Origin: Candidatus Limnocylindria bacterium
GTDB lineage: Bacteria; Chloroflexota; Limnocylindria; P2-11E
Length of the DNA stretch: 64,000 nt
Direction of reading: 5' to 3'
NCBI GenBank assembly: GCA_036564905.1
Contig: DATCOD010000077.1
Span: forward strand, 11,363 to 75,362
Below the pieces are notes generated by a model. The model made no database searches. It was not told where the DNA came from and saw nothing but the letters and a program-made list of their open reading frames with translations. Positions 29,496-40,045 of this stretch are shown piece after piece. Within the stretch, counting starts at the first letter, position 1; each line of letters starts with the position of its first letter. Both the position numbers and the translations under genes were made by a program.

Positions 29496-32239
29496 CAGGC
29501 ATGGACTGCTGTCGCGAGCGGGGTCAGCTCGTCCCAGTTGTCGCCCGTGCGGATGTCGACGACGAGCGGCACGTCGAGCGGATAGGCGTTCCCCATCTCC
29601 TCGCGAACGAGGTCGGCGAGCTCGCTCACGCGTCCGCGATCGACCTCGAAGACGAGCTCGTCGTGCACCTGGAGGACCGCGCGAGCCCAGCCCGCGTCGC
29701 GCAGCCGGTCGTGCACGGAGACCATCGCGATCTTCATGATGTCGGCCGCGGTCCCCTGCACCGGCATGTTGATCGCCATGCGCTCCGCCGCATTCCGCAC
29801 CGCGCCGTTGCTGCTCGCGAGGTCGGGGATGTAGCGGCGGCGCCCGAGGAGCGTCTCGACGTAGCCCTGCTCGAGCGCGAACGATTTCGTCTCCATGACG
29901 TAGCGGCGCACGAGCGCGTAGCGCTTGAAGTATTCGTCGATGAACCGCGCGGCCTCCTCGCGCGGCATGCCCATCCGCCAGGCGAGCCCGAAGTCGCTCA
30001 TCCCGTAGACGATGCCGAAGTTCAGCATCTTCGCGACGCTCCGCTGCTCGCGCGTGACCGCGGACTCTGGAACGCCGAACCCCGCCGCGGCGGTGCGCGT
30101 GTGCACATCCGCGCCGGACCGGAACGCCTCGACGAGCGCGGGGTCGGCCGACACGTGCGCGAGCACCCGAAGCTCGATCTGCGAATAGTCCGCGGCGAGG
30201 AGCGTCCGGTCGGGATGGCCCGCGACGAATGCGCGGCGGATCCGACGGCCGAGCGGCGTACGGATCGGGATGTTCTGAAGGTTCGGCGACTGGCTCGAGA
30301 GACGGCCGGTGGACGCGACGGTCTGGTTGAAGGTCGTGTGGATCCGGCCGTCGCGATCGATGAGCGGACCGAGGCCCTCGGCGTACGTCGAGCGGAGCTT
30401 CTCGACCTCGCGGTACTCGAGGATCTTGTCGATGACCGGGTGCGCGCCGCGGAGCTCTTCGAGCACGGCCGCGTCGGTGGAGTACCCAGTACCGGTCCGG
30501 CGCCCGCGCGGCAGCTTCAGCTCCGTGAACAGGAGCTCCTGCAGCTGCTTCGGCGAGCTGATCCCGAAGTCGTGGCCGACGGCCGCGTACGCCTCACGCT
30601 CGATCCGCGCGACCTCAGCGGTGAACTCCGTCGCGAGCGTCGCGAGGTACCGCGTGTCGACCGTGATCCCGGCCTCCTCCATGTGGACGAGGACGTCGAC
30701 CAGCGGCAGCTCGATCTCGTGGAACAGCTTCGCGAGCCCGAGGCGGTCGAGGTCCCCGCCGAACAGCGCGGCGAGGCGGTGCGTGGCGACGGCGGCCGTG
30801 CCGGCCCGGGCGAGCCGCTCGTCGAGCGTCGGCCCGAGATCCTTGTGCTTCCGGTCGGGCGCAGGGAGTGCCGGCACCTCGAGGTTCAGCCGCTCGGTCG
30901 CGAGGTCGTCAAGGAGGTGCTGGCGTCGGCTCGCGTTCACGAGATAGGACGCGATGACGGTGTCCATCTCGACGCCCAGCAGATCGGCGCCGGCGCGGCG
31001 CAGCGCGCGCCGAGCGGTCTTCGCGTCGTGCACGAGCTTCCGGATGCGCGGGTCAGCGAGCAGCTCGACGATCGGCGCGGGGATGGTCTCGCCGACGGCG
31101 AGATAGCAGGACGACTCCCCGATGGCGAGCCCGAGACCGAGCAGGCGCGGCGACCGCTCCGCGTCGATATCGGCGAACACCGCGATCCGGCCAGCTTCGC
31201 GCGCCCGCTGGAGGTAGCTGGCCGCGTCGAGGTCGACGAGCAGCGACACCTCGACCGGTGCGGCGACCGGGCCGGTCAGTCCGAGCGACAGCTGGCCGCC
31301 GCCGGAGACCTGTGCCGCCTGCGAGGTCTCGACCGGGAACAGCGTGGGCGCCGGCGCGGGCGCGGCGGCGTTGCCATCGGCGGGCGGAAGGCGCGGGATG
31401 AGGCTGCGGAACTCGAGGTCGCGGAAGAGCTCGATCACCGTCGCTCGGTCGTACGCGCCGCGGCGGGTGCGCTCGACGTCGAGCGTCACCGGCACGTCCG
31501 TGACGATGCGCGACATCTCACGGCTGTGGAGGACCTGCTCGTAGCTCGCCTCGAGCGACGCGCGCAGCTTCGGCGTGAGCGCCGCGAGATTCGCGTAGAC
31601 GCCCTCGACGGTCCCGTGGTCGGCGATGAGCTTCGCGGCGGTCTTCTCGCCGACCCCGGGCACACCCGCGATGTTGTCGGTCGGGTCGCCCTTGAGCGCC
31701 TTGTAGTCGACCATCTGATCGGGCCGGAGGCCAAAGCGCTCCATTATTTTCTCTTCGTTGTAGATAACGGTGTTCTGGAACCCCTGGCGCGTGGTCATAA
31801 GCTCCACGTGACCGGTGACGAGCTGCAAGGTGTCGAGGTCGCCGGAGAGGATGACCGTGTCGAGGCCGGCCGCCTCGGCCTGCCTCGCGAGGGTGCCGAT
31901 GACGTCGTCGGCCTCGAACCCGGGAAGCGAGTACATCGGCACGCCGAACTTCTCAAGGAACTCCTTGCAGCGCTCGAACTGCGGGCGGAGATCGTCCGGC
32001 ATCGGCTTGCGGGTGGCCTTGTAGGTGGCGTCGCGCTCCTTGCGAAATGTCGTGACCGGGAGGTCAAAGCAGGCCGCGATGTGCTGCGGCGGGTGCTCCT
32101 GGATGACCTTCAGGAGGATGGACGCGAAGCCGAACGCGGCGTTCACGAGCTCGCCCTTGGTCGTCGTGAGCGGCGGGATCGCGAAGTAGCCGCGGTAGAT
32201 GAGGCTGTTGGAGTCCGCCAGGAGAAGACGCTCGGCCAT
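29495..32239 (-). CDS. polA: DNA polymerase I
   Basis: The internal ATG at 32239 gives MAERLLLADSNSLIYRGYFA..., a 5'-3' exonuclease domain. Downstream are the 3'-5' exonuclease-like domain and the pol A palm/fingers (RRRAKMLNFGIVYG, VHDELVFE). The 183-codon N-terminal extension in the track ORF is an artefact. Confidence 0.95.
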   Translation of the reverse strand: MAERLLLADSNSLIYRGYFAIPPLTTTKGELVNAAFGFASILLKVIQEHPPQHIAACFDLPVTTFRKERDATYKATRKPMPDDLRPQFERCKEFLEKFGVPMYSLPGFEADDVIGTLARQAEAAGLDTVILSGDLDTLQLVTGHVELMTTRQGFQNTVIYNEEKIMERFGLRPDQMVDYKALKGDPTDNIAGVPGVGEKTAAKLIADHGTVEGVYANLAALTPKLRASLEASYEQVLHSREMSRIVTDVPVTLDVERTRRGAYDRATVIELFRDLEFRSLIPRLPPADGNAAAPAPAPTLFPVETSQAAQVSGGGQLSLGLTGPVAAPVEVSLLVDLDAASYLQRAREAGRIAVFADIDAERSPRLLGLGLAIGESSCYLAVGETIPAPIVELLADPRIRKLVHDAKTARRALRRAGADLLGVEMDTVIASYLVNASRRQHLLDDLATERLNLEVPALPAPDRKHKDLGPTLDERLARAGTAAVATHRLAALFGGDLDRLGLAKLFHEIELPLVDVLVHMEEAGITVDTRYLATLATEFTAEVARIEREAYAAVGHDFGISSPKQLQELLFTELKLPRGRRTGTGYSTDAAVLEELRGAHPVIDKILEYREVEKLRSTYAEGLGPLIDRDGRIHTTFNQTVASTGRLSSQSPNLQNIPIRTPLGRRIRRAFVAGHPDRTLLAADYSQIELRVLAHVSADPALVEAFRSGADVHTRTAAAGFGVPESAVTREQRSVAKMLNFGIVYGMSDFGLAWRMGMPREEAARFIDEYFKRYALVRRYVMETKSFALEQGYVETLLGRRRYIPDLASSNGAVRNAAERMAINMPVQGTAADIMKIAMVSVHDRLRDAGWARAVLQVHDELVFEVDRGRVSELADLVREEMGNAYPLDVPLVVDIRTGDNWDELTPLATAVHA

Positions 32240-32274
32240 GTGCTGAGTATCGCGGGTGCGGGGTCGCTCCCGAT

Positions 32275-32898
32275 CTAGCCCTGGTGGAGCCTCCGGTGCG
32301 CCACGAACGCGGCGATCGCGAAGAGCACCGCGAGCCCGAGGAACAGCTGCGGCGGCGGGCCGAACGGCGGCGCGTAGGTGACGGTATGCGAGGCGACCGC
32401 GCCGCTGTCCTGTGGCGGCCGGAACGCCGGCGTCGCCGAGGCGCTGCGACTGGTGTCGGCGTTCTGTGGCACCGCCGCCGCCGCCGGAGCCGCGGTCCTG
32501 GCCGACTCGGAGGCGAGCGCGTTCACGGCCGCGCCGAACTGTCCCTTCTCGGCAAGCTGCTCCGCGGTCGTCGTCCCGCCGCCCAGGCTGCTCCCGCTGT
32601 TGATGACCGCCGAGGCGATGAACAGGAACACGAACAGGCCACTGGCCATCGCACCGAGCAGCCGCACCGGACGAAGCCAGACCGGGGCGCGACCGAGGCG
32701 CGGGACGAGGGAGCGGCCGGGGGCGAGGTCGGGCAGCCCGCCGATGAGCCGGCTGGTCGCCTGGAGGTCCGCCAGGCGGGCGCGGCATCGCGCGCAGCCC
32801 GCGAGGTGGGCGGCGACGCTCGCGCGCTCGCTCGGGGCGAGGGCCTGGTCGAGGTAGGCGGACAGGAGGAGCTCCGGATGTTCGGTCATCCCACTCAT
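32275..32898 (-). CDS. anti-sigma factor (zf-HC2 zinc-finger type, single TM)
   Basis: It carries an HLAGCARCRARL zinc-binding anti-sigma motif, a central TM helix and a Pro/Ala-rich extracytoplasmic tail. It lies directly downstream of the ECF sigma gene. Confidence 0.7.
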   Translation of the reverse strand: MSGMTEHPELLLSAYLDQALAPSERASVAAHLAGCARCRARLADLQATSRLIGGLPDLAPGRSLVPRLGRAPVWLRPVRLLGAMASGLFVFLFIASAVINSGSSLGGGTTTAEQLAEKGQFGAAVNALASESARTAAPAAAAVPQNADTSRSASATPAFRPPQDSGAVASHTVTYAPPFGPPPQLFLGLAVLFAIAAFVAHRRLHQG

Positions 32899-32929
32899 GT
32901 CAACGTCCCCCGTCCGCAGGAAGTTCCGC

Positions 32930-33499
32930 TCATCCGGCGCTCCCCCGCCAGCCCTTCGTCACGAGCTCGTTGCGGACCGTGACCCGCGCCCGGTGGATGC
33001 GCGACTTCACCGTCCCGATCTCGGACACCGTGATCGCGGCGATCTCCTCGTAGCTGAACCCTTCGACATCGCGCAGGAGGAGCGCGTCGCGCTGCTCCAC
33101 GGGGACGCGCGCGAGCGCCGCCTCCACCGCGGCGCACGCCTCGTGGCCCGCGGCGATGTCGGTGAGCTCGGGCCCGCCGGCCACGGGCTCGGCCCACGAC
33201 GGGTCACCGTCGTCGTCCGGAGGATCCAGTGGGAGCTCCGCCCTGCGCTTCTGCGCGCGAATGACGTCGATCGCGCGATTGCGCGCGATCCGGAACAGCC
33301 ACGCCTTGAATGAGGTGCCCTCGAAGCCCCGCATCGACCGCCAGGCGGACACGAAGGCGTCCTGGACGACGTCCTCCGCGTCCGCGCCCGGGCCGAGGAT
33401 GCGCGCGACGTGCGAGTAGAGCGCCCGCTCGTACGCGCGCGCGAGGGAATCGAATGCGCGAGCGTCACCGCTCCGCGCGCGGTCGAGGTCATCGATCAC
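32930..33499 (-). CDS. ECF (sigma-70 family, group 4) RNA polymerase sigma factor
   Basis: It has region 2 (DAEDVVQDAFVSAWRSMRGFEG..FKAWLFRIARN) and region 4 (FSYEEIAAITVSEIGTVKSRIHRAR). It starts at a GTG. Confidence 0.85.
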   Translation of the reverse strand: MIDDLDRARSGDARAFDSLARAYERALYSHVARILGPGADAEDVVQDAFVSAWRSMRGFEGTSFKAWLFRIARNRAIDVIRAQKRRAELPLDPPDDDGDPSWAEPVAGGPELTDIAAGHEACAAVEAALARVPVEQRDALLLRDVEGFSYEEIAAITVSEIGTVKSRIHRARVTVRNELVTKGWRGSAG

Positions 33500-33525
33500 G
33501 TGATCTGGGCTATCCTCGCCACCGG

Positions 33526-33921
33526 ATGCCCGGCGCGAACGGTGGAACTGGGAAGCGTGTCGTGATCGGAGAGGACGATGACCCCATCGCCTTCCTGCTC
33601 CGCGATACGATCGATGACGAGCCCGGGTACCGGGCGACCGTGGTCTCGGATGGCAGGAAGGTCGAAGCTGTCGTGCGCGACGGCCACACCGATCTCCTCA
33701 TCCTCGACATCATGATGCCGGGTCTGAGCGGCTTCGAGGTCTACGACCGCATTCGGGCCGATCCGCGCACGGCGGCGATGCCGATCTTGTTCATCAGCGC
33801 GGCGGTGGGCCACTACGCCGAGGATCTCCTGCGCCGCGGCATCACCGACGTCATGGCCAAGCCGTTCGACCTGGTCGAGCTCCTGGATCGCGTCCGCCAC
33901 CTCTGCCCGCCGGCCGCCTGA
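33526..33921 (+). CDS. single-domain response regulator (CheY-like receiver)
   Basis: KRVVIGEDDDPIAFLLRDTIDDE ... DLLILDIMMPGLSGFEVYDRIR ... MAKPF carries the conserved Asp pocket and phospho-acceptor Asp. It is divergent from the ECF sigma gene, with only ~27 nt between the two starts. Confidence 0.75.
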   Translation: MPGANGGTGKRVVIGEDDDPIAFLLRDTIDDEPGYRATVVSDGRKVEAVVRDGHTDLLILDIMMPGLSGFEVYDRIRADPRTAAMPILFISAAVGHYAEDLLRRGITDVMAKPFDLVELLDRVRHLCPPAA

Positions 33922-34730
33922 TGGCCCGCCCGGCGGCGGACCGCTACGCGACACTCGCCACGCTGGCCGCCGAGACAGCGCTCGCGGTCGGCGAACGGAT
34001 CAAGGTCGGCGATGTCGCCATCGTCACCCGGAAGCACGGCCGCGCGAACTTCGCGACGGCGGCGGATCACGCCGCGGAGACCGAGATCCTCCGCCGGCTG
34101 CGCGCGCACGACAAGAGCATCCCGATCCTCGCCGAAGAGAGCGCGGACCGGACGCTCCGCAGGGCTGAGCGGCTCTGGGTCGTCGATCCGCTCGACGGCA
34201 CGCTGAACTTCTCCCGGGCGATCCCGTTCTACTGCGTCGCGATCGCGTATGTCGAGGGTGGCGTCGCGCGCGCGGCCGCGATCCACGCGCCGCGGACCGG
34301 CGAGCTCTTCGTCGCGCACGAGGGTGGCGGCGCGACCCTGAACGGGACGCCGATCTCCGTGTCCGCGGTCTCGCGCGCGAGCGAGGCATTCGCGGTCACG
34401 AGCCTCGCGTTCAAGGCCGCGTCGCGAAGGGACTCACGGTTCACCGCGCTCAACGCGACGGTGACGCGGCTCCGGGTCATCGGCTCCGCCGCGCTCGAGA
34501 TCGCCTACGTCGCGTGCGGGAAGTTCGATCTCTTCGTGCACGAGGCCCTCTCGCCGTGGGACATCGCCGCCGCCGCGCTCATCGCGCGCGAGGCGGGCGC
34601 GGTCGTGCGCTCGTTGAAGACCGGACGGGACGGCGCGTGGGACGAGCCGCAGGTGGTCATCGGGAATCCGAAGGTCGTGAGCGATCTGCTCGCGAAACTG
34701 CCGTCACTGGTGCGCGCACCGCGAACGTAG
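33921..34730 (+). CDS. inositol monophosphatase family protein (SuhB/ImpA-like)
   Basis: It has the IMPase motifs WVVDPLDGTLNF and the C-terminal WDIAAAALIAREAGAVV. Confidence 0.85.
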   Translation: MARPAADRYATLATLAAETALAVGERIKVGDVAIVTRKHGRANFATAADHAAETEILRRLRAHDKSIPILAEESADRTLRRAERLWVVDPLDGTLNFSRAIPFYCVAIAYVEGGVARAAAIHAPRTGELFVAHEGGGATLNGTPISVSAVSRASEAFAVTSLAFKAASRRDSRFTALNATVTRLRVIGSAALEIAYVACGKFDLFVHEALSPWDIAAAALIAREAGAVVRSLKTGRDGAWDEPQVVIGNPKVVSDLLAKLPSLVRAPRT

Positions 34731-34742
34731 ACTGTGAACCGC

Positions 34743-34828
34743 GCCGGAGTGATGAAACTGGAAGACATTCGAGATTCAAAATCTCGTGGGCCGCAAGGCC
34801 CGTGAGGGTTCAAATCCCTCCTCCGGTA
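34743..34828 (+). tRNA. tRNA-Leu (anticodon CAA)
   Basis: The cloverleaf was folded by eye. The acceptor arm is GCCGGAG/CTCCGGT and the D-stem is 3 bp. The anticodon arm is CGAGA-TTCAAAA-TCTCG with CAA at positions 34-36. There is a long variable arm (GGGCCGCAAGGCCC) typical of Leu/Ser. The T-arm is GAGGG-TTCAAAT-CCCTC and the discriminator is A. CCA is not encoded. Confidence 0.75.
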
Positions 34829-34842
34829 CCGCCGAGCCTGAC

Positions 34843-36435
34843 CTAGGTCGTCGGACCCGCGCGCGGCAGCCGCAGCGTTACCGTCGTCCCCCGATCCTCG
34901 CCCGGGCTCGCGAGCAGCAACGAACCGCCATGGCCCTCGGCGACCAGGCGCGCGAGGTACAGGCCGATGCCCATGCCACTGAACGTGCGCGCGCGCAGCG
35001 ACCCGCGGGCGAACGGCCGCGCGAGGGCCGGCAGATCCTCGGCGGCGATCCCGATGCCGTCGTCGGTCACTTCGATCGTGACGGCGTCGGGGTCCGGCAC
35101 GACGGACACGCGCACCTCGCCACCTGACGGCGAGTACTTCACGGCGTTCCCGACGAGGTTCGTGACCGCCTGCTCGATGCGCATGGTGTCACCGCGAATG
35201 ACCGCCGAGTCCGGCGCGCTCAGAGCGAACGTGTGCCGGCCATCCTCCGCGGCCACCTCGCGGTGCCGCTGGACGACCTCGCGGACCACCACGACGAGAT
35301 CGAACTCCTGCGGCTGCAGCTCGAAGCGACCCTTGCCCGCGCGGGACACCTCGAGCAGGTCGTTGACGAGCCCGGCCATCCGATCGACCTGCCGCTCGAT
35401 GGCGCGGAGATTCGTGTCGAGCGAGTCCAGGTCGAGGGCGCGGCCATCCTGCCGGTGGCGCTTCACGCGGAGCCGCAGCAGCTGCGCGAGGGCCTTCATC
35501 GGCGTGAGCGGCGTCTTCAGCTCGTGCGAGACGATCGACAGGAATTCCTCTTTCTGGCGCTCCGACTCGCGCTCAGCGGTGAGGTCATGCATCGAGAGGA
35601 TGCCCGCGACGACCGTGCCGCTCGCGCCGCGGACGGGCGCGGCGACCATCCGGTAGGTGCACTCGGTCCCGCGGCGCACATCGCGCTGGACGTAGACGCC
35701 GCGCACCGTCTGGCCCGCGAGCGCACGATCCATCGGGCTCCCGCCTGGCGGGATCGCAGCTCCGGCCTCGTCGTGGAGCTCGAAGCGATCGCGGAATCCC
35801 GCGCGGTCGGTCGACTCGCCATCGCCGAGGCCGTACGTCTCCCGCGCGGCCTGGTTCATTCGGAGACGGCCGTCGCGGAACGCGATCACGACACCTTCGC
35901 CGAGCGACTCGAGCAGGGATTCCTCGAGCCGGCGGGCCTGCCGCTCACCGGCGTGGAGGCGCGCGTTGGTGATCGCGATCGAGGCCTGTGCCGCGAGGAC
36001 GTGCAGGAGGTCGAGATCCACGTCGTCGAAATGGCGCGCGGGATCGCGCGTGTACACGTTGATCGCCCCGATGAGCGCGCCCTCGTGGACGAGGGGCATC
36101 GCGACCACCCGGACGAGGCCCTCGCGCTCGATGAGCGCGGGATCTCCCACCGGCGACCCCGTGAGGTCGATCTCGACGTGCGTGTCGAAGCCGCGGTAGA
36201 GGGCCTTCGCGCGGTCCATCGGGATCCGCTGCGCGGCGGCGTACTCGTCGCTCAGACCGTTGTGCGCGACGATGTGCAACGCGTCTCCCGCGTCGTCGAC
36301 CAGCATGAGCGATGCGGCGTCGGCGGACTCGAGGAGGGTCGCTGAGCGCACGATCTCAGGGAGGAGGCGGTCCAGCTCGAGGATCCGGAGCAGCGCCGCG
36401 GTGATGCCGTGCAGGATGCGGACCCGTTCGGGCAT
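34843..36435 (-). CDS. sensor histidine kinase, GAF-PAS-HisKA-HATPase_c, cytoplasmic
   Basis: It has an N-terminal GAF domain and a central PAS, then an H-box (FLSIVSHELKTPLT), N-box (NLVGNAVKYS), G1 (DDGIGI) and G2 (GMGIGL). No TM segment is evident. No response regulator gene is adjacent on the same strand. Confidence 0.85.
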   Translation of the reverse strand: MPERVRILHGITAALLRILELDRLLPEIVRSATLLESADAASLMLVDDAGDALHIVAHNGLSDEYAAAQRIPMDRAKALYRGFDTHVEIDLTGSPVGDPALIEREGLVRVVAMPLVHEGALIGAINVYTRDPARHFDDVDLDLLHVLAAQASIAITNARLHAGERQARRLEESLLESLGEGVVIAFRDGRLRMNQAARETYGLGDGESTDRAGFRDRFELHDEAGAAIPPGGSPMDRALAGQTVRGVYVQRDVRRGTECTYRMVAAPVRGASGTVVAGILSMHDLTAERESERQKEEFLSIVSHELKTPLTPMKALAQLLRLRVKRHRQDGRALDLDSLDTNLRAIERQVDRMAGLVNDLLEVSRAGKGRFELQPQEFDLVVVVREVVQRHREVAAEDGRHTFALSAPDSAVIRGDTMRIEQAVTNLVGNAVKYSPSGGEVRVSVVPDPDAVTIEVTDDGIGIAAEDLPALARPFARGSLRARTFSGMGIGLYLARLVAEGHGGSLLLASPGEDRGTTVTLRLPRAGPTT

Positions 36436-36473
36436 GCCTGCTCAGTATCCTCGGGCCACGCTGCGTCCGCCGG

Positions 36474-39400
36474 TCAGGGCGTGACGCGGGCCTCCGGCAG
36501 CACGACATCCACCACGCCGGCCCCGACGGCGGCGTCGATCTCGCGAGCGAGCTCGCTCGCGGCGCGGGCGCGGAACGTCGTCGCGACGCGTCGCATCCCG
36601 CTGCCGGCTCGCGGCAGCTCGAGGTACACCGGAAGCGGCCCCCCGTAGCGCGCGAGGACCTGCTGGATCCGCTGGAACACCGCGATCGAGCGGTCGTAGT
36701 CGAGTGCCTCGCGGAATCGGATGACGAGGTCAGCGCCGGCCGGTGCGTGGCCGTTCGTGCTGCCCCCGTTGCCGTTCGCCGGGGCCGTCGCGGCATTGCG
36801 CTCGACGAACTGGCGCTTCTTCGCGAGCGAGACGCGCCGTTCGTCCGCGATCCGCGAGATCTCAGCGATGCCGGCCTCGCTGAACGGGACGGCGTGCTCG
36901 CAGAGGAGCTTCACGGACTCGTCGCGCTGCTCGACCCGCGCAAGGAGCAGGAGGATCTCGTCCGTGTTCCAGACGGCGGCGGTCTGCTCGTACGTGCGCG
37001 GGAAGACGGTGACCTCGGAGGATCCGGTGAGGTCCTCGACCTGTGCGAACAGCATGAGGGCCTTGTTCTTCATCGTGATGTGCTTTCGCGCGCTCGTGAC
37101 GACGCACACCACGGTCACGAGATCGTCCTTCACCTCCTTGAGCTCCGCGAGGTACACGATCCCGGGGACGTCGCCGATCCGCTGAGCGATGTCGGTGAGC
37201 GGATGATCCGAGACGTAGATGCCGAGCAGCTCCTTCTCCCAGCCGAGCAGCTCCTTGCGTGACGCTTCCGGTCCGGTCGGCGGAACGGCGATCCCCGGTT
37301 CCATCGCGAGATCGAACAGCGACACCTGACCGCTCGAGCGGTCCTTCTGCTCGCGCTGCCCGGTCGCCAGAGCGGCCTCGAGGCGGTCGAGCTGCGCGAG
37401 GCGGGGCCCGAACGCGTCGCACGCGCCAGCCTTGATGAGCGACTCGAGCACGCGCTTGTTGTTGCGCGCCAGATCGATGCGACCGCAGAGATCCTCGAGC
37501 GAGCGGAACGGCCCTCCGGCCCCACGCGCCTCGACGATGTTCTCGATCGAGCCCTCGCCGACGTTCTTGATCGCGCCGAGGCCGAAGCGGATCTCCTGCC
37601 CGTTCACGACGAAGTCGAACCGGGAGACATTCACGTCCGGTGGCATCACCGGGATCCCCATCCGCCGGCATTCGGCGATCGCGATCGCGACGCGTTCCGA
37701 GTTGCCCATGTCCGACGAGAGCACCGCGGTCATGTACTCGGACGTGTAGTTCGCCTTCAGGTAGGCGGTGTGATACGCGATGAGGCCGTAGATCGCGGCG
37801 TGCGCCCGGTTGAACCCGTACTGCGCGAACGGCTCGAAGTCCTTCCAGACCGTGTCGATGATCCCTGGCGACACCCCGTTCTTGAGCGCGCCGGCGACGA
37901 ACTTCTCCTTCTGGCCGTCGAGCTTTTCGCGGATCTTCTTGCGGATCGCGTAGCAGAGGACGTCCGCCTCGCCAAGGGTGAAGCCGGCGAGCGCCTGCGT
38001 CACCGCCATCACGTCCTCCTGGTAGACCATCACGCCGTAGGTCGAGCGCAGCACCGGCTCGAGCGACGGGTGCGCGTAGGTGACCGCCTCCTGCCCGTGC
38101 TTGCGCGCGATGTACCGCGGGATGTACTCCATCGGACCTGGCCGGAACAGCGCGACCATCGCCATGACGTCCTCGACGCGGTCGGGTTTCAGCGCCTGGA
38201 TGTGGCGCCGCATCCCGGCCGACTCCAGCTGGAACAGGCCGGTCGTCTCGCCGGACGCGAGGAGCGCGAACGTCTTGGCATCGCTGAGCGGGATGTCCTC
38301 CCGCTTGATCGTCACGCCGCGCTCGCGCTGGATGAGCTTGAGCGCGTGATCGAGGATGGTGAGGTTCGAGAGACCGAGGAAGTCGAACTTTAGGAGGCCG
38401 AGCTTCTCGATCTGCTTGTCCTCGTACTGCGTTTGATACCCCTCGGCTTTGCCCTTCGGCCGCTCGATCGGAACGAGCGTCGTGAGCGGGTCGCGCGTGA
38501 TGACGACGCCGGCGGCGTGCGTCCCGGTCGAGCGCACGAGGCCCTCGACCTTCTCCGCGAGGTCGATCAGCCGCGAGACCTCCGGCTCCTGGGCGAGCTG
38601 CTCCAGCTCCGGCACCTCGACCCGCGACTCCGAAAGCGTCCCGGCGCCGGGACCGGTCGGGATGACCTTGGCTACGCGATCCGCCTCGCCATAGCTCATG
38701 CCGAGGACCCGCGCGACGTCCCGCACCGCGGCGCGCGCGAGCATCGTGTTGAAGGTGACGATCTGCGCGACGTGGTCGGAGCCGTACTTCTCCGTGACGT
38801 AGGCGATGACCTCGTCGCGCCGGTCATCCATGAAGTCGACGTCGATATCCGGCTGGGTGTACCGCTCCAGGTTGAGGAACCGGTCGAAGATGAGCCCGTA
38901 CCTGAGTGGGTCGACGTCCGTGAGACCGATGGCGTAGCTCACGAGCGAGCCGCCGGCCGAGCCACGGACCGCGGTCAGGATCCCCTTCGCCTGCGCGAAC
39001 GCGACGAAGTCCTGGACGATGAGCATGTATCCCGAATAGCCCATCTTCGCGATGACGCCGAGCTCGTGCTCGATGCGCTGCTTCAGCTCCGGCGTCATCG
39101 GCCCGTATCGCGCGGTGATCCCCCGCTCGGCGAGCGTGCGCAGCTGCTGGTCCTGGGTCAGCCCCTTGGGCACCTCGAAGTGCGGAAGGATCAGCTTCCC
39201 GAGCGGGAGTTCGAGATCGCACAGATCGGCGATGCGCAGGGTGTTCTCGAGGGCCTCGGCGTCCTCGGGGAACAGCTCGGCCATCTGGGCGCCGCTCTTC
39301 ATGTAGAGCTCCGGGTGATCGATCATCTTCAGCCGGTCCGGCTGGTCGACGGTCTTCCCGCTCTGGATGCAGACCATGATGTCCTGCGCCTCGGCATCCT

Positions 39401-40045
39401 CGGCGTGGACGTAGTGGATGTCGTTCGTGACCACGAGCGGGACGCCCGTCCGCCGGCTCACCTCGCGGATGCCCGCGTTCACGGCCGCTTGTTCGGGGAT
39501 ACCGTGCGACATGAGCTCGAGGTAATAGTTGCCTTCACCGAAGATCGCGACATGCTCCAGCGCGACCGCGCAGGCGGCGTCGATGCCCAGGTCCTGGACG
39601 GCTCGCGCCACCTCGCCCTGCAGACACGCCGACAGCGCGATGAGCCCCTCGCTGTGCTCGCGCAGCAGCTGCTTGTCCATGCGGGGCCGGTAGTAATAGC
39701 CCTCGAGGTGCGCGCTCGTGACGAGGGAGACGAGGTTCTGGTAGCCGGTGAAGCTCTTCGCGAGGAGCACCAGATGGAACGGCTTGCCGTGACCCTCGAC
39801 CTTCGCGTCGCGATCGGCCCGGCTGCCCCGCGCGATGTAGGTCTCGATGCCGACGATCGGCTTGATCCCAGCGGCCTTCGCGGTCGTGTAGAAGTCCACC
39901 GCGCCGTACAGCGCGCCGTGGTCGGTGAGCGCGAGCGCCGGCATGTCGAGCGCCTTCGCGCGCGCCACGAGGTCCCGCAGCCGCGACAACCCGTCGAGCA
40001 GGCTGTACTCGCTGTGGGTGTGCAGGTGGACGAACTGACCCGGAA
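36474..40045 (-). CDS. dnaE: DNA polymerase III alpha subunit
   Basis: It has full-length DnaE architecture (PHP, palm/fingers, beta-binding, OB). The conserved N-terminal PHP motif FVHLHTHSEYSLLDG is encoded upstream of the first canonical start (TTG at 39989) in the same frame. There is no ATG/GTG/TTG between the in-frame TAG (~40082-40084) and that motif. The end coordinate is therefore set at a candidate ATT start (~40043-40045) preceded by GAGAGGGA. Confidence 0.9.

Noticed and set aside
39989-39991. TTG at 39989 as the dnaE start, as in the ORF track
   Set aside because: It would remove the conserved FVHLHTHSEYSLLDG PHP motif, which is encoded in frame immediately upstream. I kept it only as a fallback; see the dnaE finding.
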